The translations under genes and the position numbers were made by a program. Shown here piece after piece: positions 54,601 through 64,000 of a DNA stretch of 64,000 bases. The notes beneath the pieces are model-generated. The model was given only the letters and a program-made list of their open reading frames with translations, was not told the origin of the DNA and ran no database searches. Numbering within the stretch: position 1 is the first letter of the stretch; every line of letters starts with the position of its first letter. Source of the DNA: Octopus vulgaris (taxonomy: Eukaryota); the NCBI GenBank assembly GCA_951406725.2, contig OX597815.1, positions 167,338,001 through 167,402,000 on the forward strand. Reading direction: 5' to 3'.

Positions 54601-56250
54601 ATAGGCTTCTTTCAATCTCTCCTTTGGGAGCCCATTCACTTTTCGTGAGGCATGTCATTTTTTCCTTTACATATTATTTTAGCAAAAGCATTTTCACACG
54701 CCATTGGCACAATTCCTTCTCCGAGTGGACCAATCCATGTCCAAAAATTGCCTGTGTTCAACAATATCAGCAAAATTGTTTGCAATGTCATAAACATACT
54801 TGCTCAGCAAAATATGCATGGTTGTTGTTGTTGTTATTCTTTGTTGCATCTGCTGCTGTTATTGTTGTTGTTGTTGTTGTTAAGCAACAAGACGGGTAAG
54901 GCTGATTAGGTGATGGTCTAGGGCTTAGGGGCAGGAGACCCCAGACCTTGGAAAAAAAAACTTTGGTCGTCTTGTTGTAGTCGGGAGCTCTTCGTTGACG
55001 CCCGACACCACTGGGAGGTGGCCCTCGAAGTCGCTGGAAATGGAGATCTCCAGGTCCAAATTCTTGAACGGCTGATGCTGCTGCTATCAAACTTCGTTAG
55101 GATTGTTCACATGTAAGTTTCTGTCAACAGACATATCATAATTTTAGTTTTCTTTTAAATTGAGTGTGCTTTATTAAATATAATTTTTACGCCTCATTTT
55201 TGTTTAACGTCCATAAAAACACATTCATACTGGTTTGAATTTTGGAGGCGTCATTTTCCTGAAGGAACCAATTTTAATTTTTTTTTCATATGAAAAATGA
55301 AAGTATTTTCATATTCTATTTGCAAATTAAATCTTGGCTCCACAAAAACCTAGTAAAAATAATGCAAACAATTAATTAATTACCTTCCAAGTATAAATTC
55401 TTCATTCGTTAAATAATGACAATTTCTTAGTTCGGCCTGCCTCAAGCCTGCAGGTCCATAAAGATGGAGCTTATTTGGATTTTCAAAACGTCGATATTGA
55501 AAGTACAAGATCCCACTCCGTCACCGAACGGACGCCTGTCTATCGCAGCGTTACTCATTTTCATGCGAATATACATGAGTAACGTGAAAGGAAATGCTAT
55601 GATTATGGACACAATGCTCCCCACCTCATATTTGAGGATCGAACACACAACTTTCTGATCATAATCCCAACCCCAAACCACAAGACCACGTACCTTTACA
55701 CCTCAATGTTTACCTGTTAAATATTTTTTCAAACACAAAAGAAAGAAAAATGAATGAGGAACAAGTTGAATTTCTCGCTATTATCTTTGAATATACGTGA
55801 CAAAATAAGACATGTCATTTTCTCTTACACGATACTATTACAGGCATCACACCATCACAGTCTTTTTACTGATAATGATGAGTGTAACTAACTTCTTAGT
55901 GGAATCATTTAAGGATTGATAATTACGTAAAAAAAGAAATAGCTTGCAAAAGAAACATCCTATGAAACTATATAGGGTCATTGCCAAGAAATGCGAAAGA
56001 GTCCGGGAAAACTTAAATAGCTGTCTGGAAGTTGTGAAAAAGCGCATTTCATTGTAGGTACTTATGGTTGTTTAACTGTGAAGTCAACTCCATAAAGTTA
56101 CATTCAGACAATTTTTGGAAGAGTCACAACAAATATTTGTGAAATACGATAGTTTAACGAAATGACGTGTTTAACTTTTAAACTTGAAATAGTCAAATCA
56201 TTACACATGAAATAAAGTGTCTGGAGAAAGAGCTATAAATTAGAATATAT

Positions 56251-56318
<68 letters not shown>

Positions 56319-57091
56319 TAATGCGTGTTTTATGCATAGCTATATATGAGAGAAGTCAAACGTTAATTGAAAGATCATTCAATGGAATCAAGTATTAAGT
56401 AGAGTATGTAAAACTAGCGGAGAATATATCAGATATCTAAGAATGATAGAGTAAAATTGAAATACTATGAACGCTTCTTGGTAGGTACTCTCCTCGATGT
56501 CAATAACCTTACAAACTTGCTAACCCATAACTACATAAGATGTGTGCAAGTCAAGCGAATAAAACCCAAAGATATCTACAGTTTGAATTAAATATGTCTG
56601 TTTGACGTAGCAGAAATGAATTGGGTAAACCTTTAAAACACTTGATATTTAGCTCTTCCAACACTCCGTCGATCATTTAAAGATTATTTTGTTCAAGCGT
56701 GATAATTGAGATATAAGTATTGTCTGATTCCCGACTAAGGCTGCTTCCTAAGATATATGATACACAAAAGAAAACTGAGAAATGCTATATCGTTAGCAAG
56801 TTTATGGTAGAGTCCAACTTCTAGAAGTCTTCTGAATCCATTAGATAAAATATGTCCCATTTGTTAACTTAGAAATCGAACCTTCATAGACTACTTAAAT
56901 GGAAGGGCATTAACCACTGAAGCGTGCCGTACTGCCAATAAACTTGCTTAATTTATTTAAATGAAAGAACATTAACCGCTGAACCAAGTCGTGGTTTTGT
57001 AAAACTACCCAATTTTCCTGGAATTGATATCTTAGTCCTTTTTAAACACATCTAGTTGGTCGTCTTCAAAAGAACAAACGAAACGAGTTTG

Positions 57092-57172
<81 letters not shown>
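57092..57172. repeat. (AAT)n microsatellite
   Basis: Direct reading. Confidence 0.97.
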
Positions 57173-57175
<3 letters not shown>

Positions 57176-57682
57176 CTTTTCTTTTAGTTCTTTGCCGTAC
57201 TTTCGCTCTCTTTTCTCTTACCCTATTCTGCACTTCGTTACTTAATCCTTCTTCTTTCCTTTCAGTCATTTACCCTTTCCTATCCTCCACATTTGTAAAA
57301 TTTTATCTCCTTTTTTGCCTTTTAGCAGACGAAAATATAGATTTACGATTGAATACCAGTCGCTTGAATGACACTATAAAACTGGATTGTATTCTATAAG
57401 GATGTTATATCTTCCAGCACGCCACCACATTCAACTCATTATCATATGCTTTATCAATATGCTTTATCATATTCCATAACACTTCTACAACGTTATAATT
57501 TTCAACGACATCATGTTCTTTATACACACGCTTCTATTCAATACCACGTGGAAAAAAAAACGAGTTAAAGGTAGAGCATTACAGATATCGTTCGATTTGC
57601 TAGGAAGAGCAGCAGAATGTTCCTAAATTTATTCACCACCGTCTTAAATCGAGAAAAGCAAATAGGATATTGTAGACATAAT

Positions 57683-57802
57683 ATTCTTTTCTACTCCAGG
57701 CACAAGGCCCGAAATTTGGGGAGGGGCGGCCAGTCAATTAGATCGACCCCAGTTCGCAACTGGTAGTTAATTTATCGAGCCCGAAAGGATGAAAGGTAAA
57801 GG
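57683..57802 (-). mobile_element. SINE family B, 3' part
   Basis: Reverse complement of family B core and tail. Confidence 0.7.
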
Positions 57803-57844
57803 CTACTAACCCCAAGATCCAGAGTTCAATTCCAGGCAATGAAC

Positions 57845-57886
<42 letters not shown>

Positions 57887-57890
<4 letters not shown>

Positions 57891-58548
57891 ACATCCTAGT
57901 ATGATCCCTCTCGGCTAGTTAATGGTTTAACACTCCTACTCCCCCAAAAATGAAGAAACAAATGAACCAAAAATTATCCACCCATAACCTGCTTAACACC
58001 AATATATAAAACGCTAAAATCTGTCCTGACTGAATATACCTATAGTTTTTTAATAAAGAGTGGCATATTCACTAATGAGCAAAAAGGATTTAAACGTGGA
58101 TCTTATAGTTGTAAAGATCAGCTACTCATCAATAAGATGAGCTTCAAAGATTGTCACACACGGTACAAAAACTTGTCAATAGCCTGGATAGGCTATAAAA
58201 ACGCTTTTGTCTGTAAGTATGAGATCATAGAGAACCACACTGACTTTGAACGGTGACAATGAATCTCTTAATGCTGGAGATGTAAGAATTTCATGTGGCA
58301 TTTTCCAGGGTGACTCACTATCACCACACTTCTTTTTTCTAGACTTAATACCTCTCTCGAAATTGCTCAATGATATACTGCACGGTTATAAAATGTTTGA
58401 TAAAAATATAAATCATCGCATTTATATGGATGATTTAAAGCTTTTTGCAAAAAATGACCAACAACTCAAGGGTTTACTAGCGATTGTTAAACAATTCAGT
58501 GATGACATCAAGATGCAATTTGGCCTCGATAAATGTGCAAAAGCTACG
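57887..58548 (+). mobile_element. R4/Dong-like non-LTR RT fragment adjoining an (AAT)n tract
   Basis: TCLTPIYK, EQKGFKRGSYSCKDQLLINK, LSIAWIGYKNAF, GIFQGDSLSP, YMDDLKLFA, MQFGLDKCA; has an internal deletion and stops. Confidence 0.85.
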
Positions 58549-59087
58549 TCTACATATGCTCGATCGTTGCATTTAGTAGATATCTATGCTTGGTTTCCTC
58601 TGTTAGAAAGATCGTATCATAGTATTTAGTTATAATAACGAGAATGCTATAATATCGGTGAAACACATCAGTTATTTACTAGAATCTCAGTTAATACCAT
58701 TGTACTGTACCCGCTTTTCAATGGCTCAAATATTAGGAGAGGGCGGGTTTTTCCCCCCCCAGAAAAATGAACTTATAGATAAGTTTTCAAACCACGGCCT
58801 TCCGTCTCATTTTTTTATCATATTAGGCATACTCTGAATGCCTAATATGCCTGATATATTCGGTGTTTTACATCATCCAATGTGTATTCCGTTCATTAAG
58901 GTGAAATTTGAAAACCTTACTACTAGTTCTAGTCTATATCTATCTACCTTTAAATATATATAAACATAAAACACATTCACACACACACATACACACATAT
59001 ATATATATGTATGTATGTATGTATGTATACACATAAATAATACATATACATACATATATATATATGTGTGTGTGTATATATATTTTA

Positions 59088-59150
<63 letters not shown>

Positions 59151-59152
59151 AA

Positions 59153-59293
59153 CATCTGTCCTGACTGAATATACCTATATTTTTTTTATAGAAAGTGGCA
59201 TATTCACTAATGAGCAAAAAGGATGTAAACGTGGATCCTATAGTTGTAAAGATCAGCTACTCATCAATAAGATGATCTTGAAAGATTGTCACA
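59153..59293 (+). mobile_element. Second short copy of the same R4/Dong-like RT segment
   Basis: Closely similar to about 58019-58160 (SVLTEYTY...EQKGCKRGSYSCKDQLLINKMILKDCH). Confidence 0.8.
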
Positions 59294-59737
59294 TATATCT
59301 ATATATACACACACATGCATATATCACGCGTCAGTGTGCGTCTTTGTGTGTGTGTGCGTGTGTGTGTCTGTGTGTGTGTGTGTGCATGTGTGTGTATGTG
59401 TGTATTTCTGTCAGATTTGTTGATGTTTTGATGGTCCTACTACCGGAATAGTTGTCCATTTCTCTATTTACTGTATTGTATTTCTAATCAACACCTTAAG
59501 AATTACTGGAATCGCCAAAAGGTCATTTCGGTTTTTCAAGAGAAAGTCGGCACAATTTTGAAGTACACATCTAATAAACTGACCTGACAGTTTTAGTTGT
59601 TTCAGAATGAAAGAGATGGCTGTAAAACCACTTTGAACACACCCTACTAAACACCGCTTTTCACAGCCGACTAGTTTGCAGAAAACATTCGGGACGCAAA
59701 GACAATTCGGAAGCACGTTATACAATAAAGTTTTGTG

Positions 59738-60500
59738 TTAAACTGGGCAAAAACGCTTCAGACTGCACATAGGTTAATCCTTCAGTGTACTCATAGATTA
59801 ACTTGTATGAATCAAGCATCTGTTTTTGGTTGGCGTTATTCCCTGGCCAAAGAATTTCCTGCCTTTACTGGCGAAAATCTCTTGCAGTTGAATTTTTACA
59901 TCCTCTTCAAAGCTGATGATTTCTCTAGACAATGAATTTTGATGAGACCGAAAGGTCGGGCGAATATGGAAGGTGCGGCAAAGCTTCCCAGCCAATCCCC
60001 AACAACTTCTTCCGCGTGTGTAAGAAGTGTGCAATCTGACATTGTCGTAATGAAGGTCAATGTTGTAATGAATAACAAGTGCTGGGCCCTTGTGGTGGGT
60101 CGCCGCATTTTATTTAAACAGTTAGTCACAGTATATTTCCAAACTGATGGTCCTGTTCCCGTGAAGAGAACAGCTTTATAACGCACCAAATTGAAAGTAT
60201 AATTTCTTCGAGTGGAGGTTTTTTGTGGTGGTTCATCGCCCTTACACCATGAGCGTTCATGCTTTACACTGTTATAGACGATCCACATTTTCTCATCTGA
60301 CAACATTTTCTTCAAATAAAATTAAAAAAGAATCGTTTTTCACGTTTCCACAAGGAATCGCAAATGGCAGCCTATCCGACGAGATAGGACAGACATGAAG
60401 CCTGCTAGCGTAACCAAGTTGATTCAGATGGTTTTCAACACTTGATTGGGATATTTGGGGTATATCTGCGATCTTTCTGGTCGTATAACATGTGTTGATG
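59738..60500 (-). mobile_element. Decayed mariner transposase remnant
   Basis: Minus strand gives LSDEKMWIVYNSVKHERSW (TGDEKWI motif) and WEALPHLPYSPDLS. Confidence 0.7.
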
Positions 60501-60506
60501 CCGACT

Positions 60507-60571
<65 letters not shown>

Positions 60572-60656
60572 CATATATACAGGTGAGTTAAGTTAGAGGT
60601 TATAACAGCCGTCTAAGGGATGCTTGTATCCACCGAATCCAATAGTGTATTACCTA

Positions 60657-61145
60657 TATTCTTTTCTACTCTAGGCACAAAGCTCGACATTTTGGGGGAG
60701 GGGGTAGTCGATTAGATCGACCTCAGTACGCAACTGGTACTTAATTTATCGACCCCGAAAGGATGAAAGACAAAGTCGACCTCTGCAGAATTTGAACTCA
60801 GAACGTAACGGTAGACGAAATACCTATTTCTTTACTACCCACAAGGGGCTAAACACAGAGAGTACAAACAAGGACAGACAAACGGATTAAGTGGATTATA
60901 TTGACCCCAGTGCGTAACTGGTACTTATTTAATCGACCCCGAAAAGATGAAAGGCAAAGTCGACCTCGGCGGAATTTGAACTCAGAACGTAGCGGCAGAC
61001 GAAATACCTATTTCTTTACTACCCACAAGGGGCTAAACACAGGACGAAAAGCAAAGTCGACCTCGGCGGAATTTGAACTCAGAACGTAAAGACAGGCAAA
61101 ATACCGCTAAGCCTTTCGGCCGGCGTGCTAGCGTTTCTGCCGCTC
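60657..61145 (-). mobile_element. Trimeric SINE family B
   Basis: Three cores with identical junctions at 60823/60824 and 61007/61008. Confidence 0.85.
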
Positions 61146-61192
61146 ATAAATGATATGTAATGACGAAAATAAGCTAGAGTTTATAAATATTC

Positions 61193-61360
61193 AAGGAAAG
61201 CAGAAAATGGAGATACAATTGAGGAATAACAATTGATTTACATCAATTATCATTTATTAATTTAATTACAAAGAGACAGAATCTCAACTTACAGCTGTTA
61301 CCGTTAGCGTGATTCTCAGTTTTAACCACCACAATAATAATAATGATGATGATGATGATG

Positions 61361-61427
<67 letters not shown>

Positions 61428-61747
61428 TAGTTATCATTGTAAGCAATTAGTTATACTAAACTGAATCACGGAACTTCATCAGAGCAGAAAAGTAAATAAA
61501 AGAAAAGAAAAAAGAAAACGAAGAGAAAGAATAAAGAGGAGAAAGTGAGAACGGTGATAATCAATGGATGCTACATGCTGACCCACTCGTCGGTCGAATG
61601 TTTCACAGTGGCATGTAGCATCTATTACCGTTCTCACTTTCTCCTTCTTTTCCTTATTTTTCCTTTTACGTTTTTTTTCATTTACTTTTCCGCTCTGATG
61701 AAGGTTCGAGATTCAGCTTGGTATAACTAATTACTTACAATGATAAC

Positions 61748-61811
<64 letters not shown>

Positions 61812-61978
61812 GTTGTTGTTGTTGTTGTTGTTGTTGTGGTGGTGGTGGTTAAAACTGAGAATTACACTAACGGAAACAGCTGTAAGTTGAGATTCTGTCT
61901 TTGTAATTAAGTAATAAATGATATTTGATGTAAATCAATTTTTATTCATCAATTGTATCTCCATTTTCTGCTTTCCTT
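61193..61978. repeat. Long imperfect inverted repeat (arms about 370-385 bp, 32-bp spacer); Penelope-like pLTR pair
   Basis: AAGGAAAGCAGAAAATGGAGATACAATTGA... is mirrored by ...TCAATTGTATCTCCATTTTCTGCTTTCCTT; centre GATGCTACATGC / GCATGTAGCATC. Confidence 0.9.
61692..61887 (+). ncRNA. Type I hammerhead motif with a microsatellite-filled stem II loop
   Basis: GCU-CUGAUGA-A...GAAA-CAGCUG-UA-AGU; the mirror copy at 61287-61485 (minus) has GUAA in place of GAAA. Confidence 0.55.
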
Positions 61979-62007
61979 ACATATATGTGTGCGTGTGTGT
62001 GTATACC

Positions 62008-62325
62008 TTTTATTCTTTTTACTTGTTTCAGTCATTTGACTGTGGTCATGCTGGAGCACAGCCTTTAGTCGAGCAAATCGACCTCAGGACTTATTCTTTG
62101 TAAGCCTAGTCCTTATTCTATCGGCCTCTTTTGCCGAACCACTAAGTTGCGGGCACGTAAACACACCAGTATCGGTTGTCAAGCGACAAACACAGACACA
62201 CAAACATATACTATAGCCCGAGGCTATAGGTGAAGACGCTTGCTCAAGGTACCACGAAGTGGGACTGAACCCAGAATCATGTGGTTGGTAAGGAAGCTAC
62301 TTACCACAGAGCCACTCCTACGCCT
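62008..62325 (-). mobile_element. SINE family A, internally deleted
   Basis: Homologous to 45896-46308. Confidence 0.8.
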
Positions 62326-62334
62326 ATATATATA

Positions 62335-62985
62335 TTGGGTTGGCAACTAAGTTTTGGAATTTATTGCGTTTTTAAATTTTGAAATCTTTTTTCGAGAATT
62401 GTATTTTTGAATCGCTTTGGAATCTTTTTTTTTTCTAGTTAATTTTAATTAATTTTTGTTTATTTTCAGATCATTAACATAGAAGGTCAAGTTAAGAAAA
62501 TCAAGCATTTTAGACACCTCCTTCTTTTTGCTTTTAATCAAGATTCTAAGGCCGCGAAAGCTGCTCACGACATTTATGCTGCGTATATAGGAGGTGCCAT
62601 AGCTGAAAGGACCGCTCGTGATTTGTATGTCAAGTTCAAAAACGGAAATTTTGACATCAAAGACGCACCTCGTTCTGGTCGTCCAGTTGAGTGCGATGAA
62701 GAGCGATTAAACCAACTTTTGCGCGAAAATTCTAGTCAAACGACAAGGGAACTGGTAGAGAAAATGGAATGCTCCCACACTGCTATAGAGAAGCATCTTC
62801 ACTCGATGGAAAAGGTTCAGAAGTATGGAGCATGAGTTCTGCATGCTTTAAGTGAGAACTACAAAAATCAACGAGCCACAATCTCCGCTCATCTCATGGA
62901 CTCAAGCAACGATTTCTTTACTGAATCGTTACAGGCGACGAAAACTTGTGCCTGTATATCAATACGAAGTATAATAAGGGATGAC
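62335..62985 (+). mobile_element. 5' half of a mariner element with a mellifera-subfamily-like TIR
   Basis: TA then TTGGGTTGGCAACTAAGT; codes HFRHLLLFAFNQ...KFKNGNFDIKDAPRSGRP...TTRELVEKM...HLHSM...(W to stop)VLHAL...IVTGDE. Confidence 0.8.
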
Positions 62986-63556
62986 CACTAAGTGGACATC
63001 CAATATGCTAGAAGAAAATCACCTACGATCTATTATACGCATGTATGACTATTATACGCTTGTATTTCAATTTTTCTGAATTTTCAGATTTTTCTATATG
63101 CTAGGCAACTGGTTTTAAATTGATGTTAATTAAATTAATATTCAATTTATCACCCTCATTATTTAAATTTTAAATAATTATGTCTCTAACAGGCAACATT
63201 AACAGCAGTAAATTATCTACTGCGGAACTGTTTCCGGGATTTAGCGCGCCAGAACTTAGACATTTGAAAATAACCCCAATGTATCAGTAAAACTATACAC
63301 ACGTCTAATTTTATGAGGACAATCCGTATATAGTTCTACAAATTATATTGAATTGGAACGATTGTCCTGGGGTCCACGGACGATGTTACGTAAGTAAAAT
63401 CGCTAATGACGAAACCGGTCTACGATTCATTCTGTACTCTGTATATTTTCATCTGTCTTACCCGCTTATGTTCTGGTGTTTGCTGAATTTCTCTAGAGAA
63501 CATTCTTTTCTTTGTGGTTAGATGGTAGGTGATCTTCTAGCATATTAGATGTACGC

Positions 63557-63630
<74 letters not shown>

Positions 63631-63643
63631 ATAATATATATAT

Positions 63644-63699
<56 letters not shown>

Positions 63700-63751
63700 G
63701 AATAAATGAAAAGAATGGAGTCGAACGAAGATTTTAACAAAATTCCTTTAC

Positions 63752-63832
63752 TTTCGACATATGTTTCGAAGACTGCATACTCTTAATTCTGAAGGAATGA
63801 AGGTTGCATTATGCCGTCTTCTCATCAGGAAA
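63752..63832 (-). ncRNA. Type I hammerhead ribozyme motif with intact core
   Basis: Minus strand: UUUC-CUGAUGA-GAAGAC(G)GCAUA...UAUGC(A)GUCUUC-GAAA-CAUAUG-UC-GAAA. Stem I is 4 bp, stem II 6+5 bp, stem III palindromic, cleavage triplet GUC. Confidence 0.8.
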
Positions 63833-64000
63833 TACAAGGAACTTCTATCGGCCTTAAGACGAACAAAAGCTTCTTAATGACTGCCTACATGGTTTCCACA
63901 TGATTATCACTGTGGAAACCATGTAGGCAGTCATTAAGAAGCTTTTGTTCGTCTTAAGGCTGATAGAGGTTCCTTGTATTTCCTAATGAGAAAATGGCAT
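63811..64000. repeat. Inverted repeat (arms at least 90 bp, 10-bp spacer), running off the window end
   Basis: 63811-63900 is mirrored by 63911-64000 with about 5 substitutions. Confidence 0.9.

Noticed and set aside
58820-58848. Hairpin ATATTAGGCAT-N7-ATGCCTAATAT
   Set aside because: Isolated 11-bp stem, probably a transposon subterminal repeat; no function can be supported.

Overview
AT-rich, extremely repeat-dense animal genomic DNA. The microsatellite load and SINE families suggest an octopus/coleoid cephalopod (inference from sequence style, not a database result). No host protein-coding gene can be supported; nearly all listed ORFs are microsatellite read-through. The window is built from four tRNA-derived SINE families (many copies, some nested or with TSDs), 5'-truncated or decayed LINEs (CR1-group RT at 28.5-30.1 kb; RTE, R4/Dong-like and Jockey/I-like fragments), Tc1/mariner remnants (a nearly full DD37D/maT transposase at 23.6-24.6 kb, several mariner relics) and MITEs. 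The most notable signal is a set of short, unrelated non-coding repeats carrying type I hammerhead ribozyme motifs with palindromic stem III (best: 63752-63832 minus strand). Several sit in divergent inverted-repeat pairs (61.2-62.0 kb, 63.8-64.0 kb, probably 38.7-39.1 kb and 42.7-42.9 kb), and one has a microsatellite grown inside its stem II loop. This looks like a non-autonomous Penelope-like/retrozyme-type system that could make self-cleaved fold-back dsRNA.
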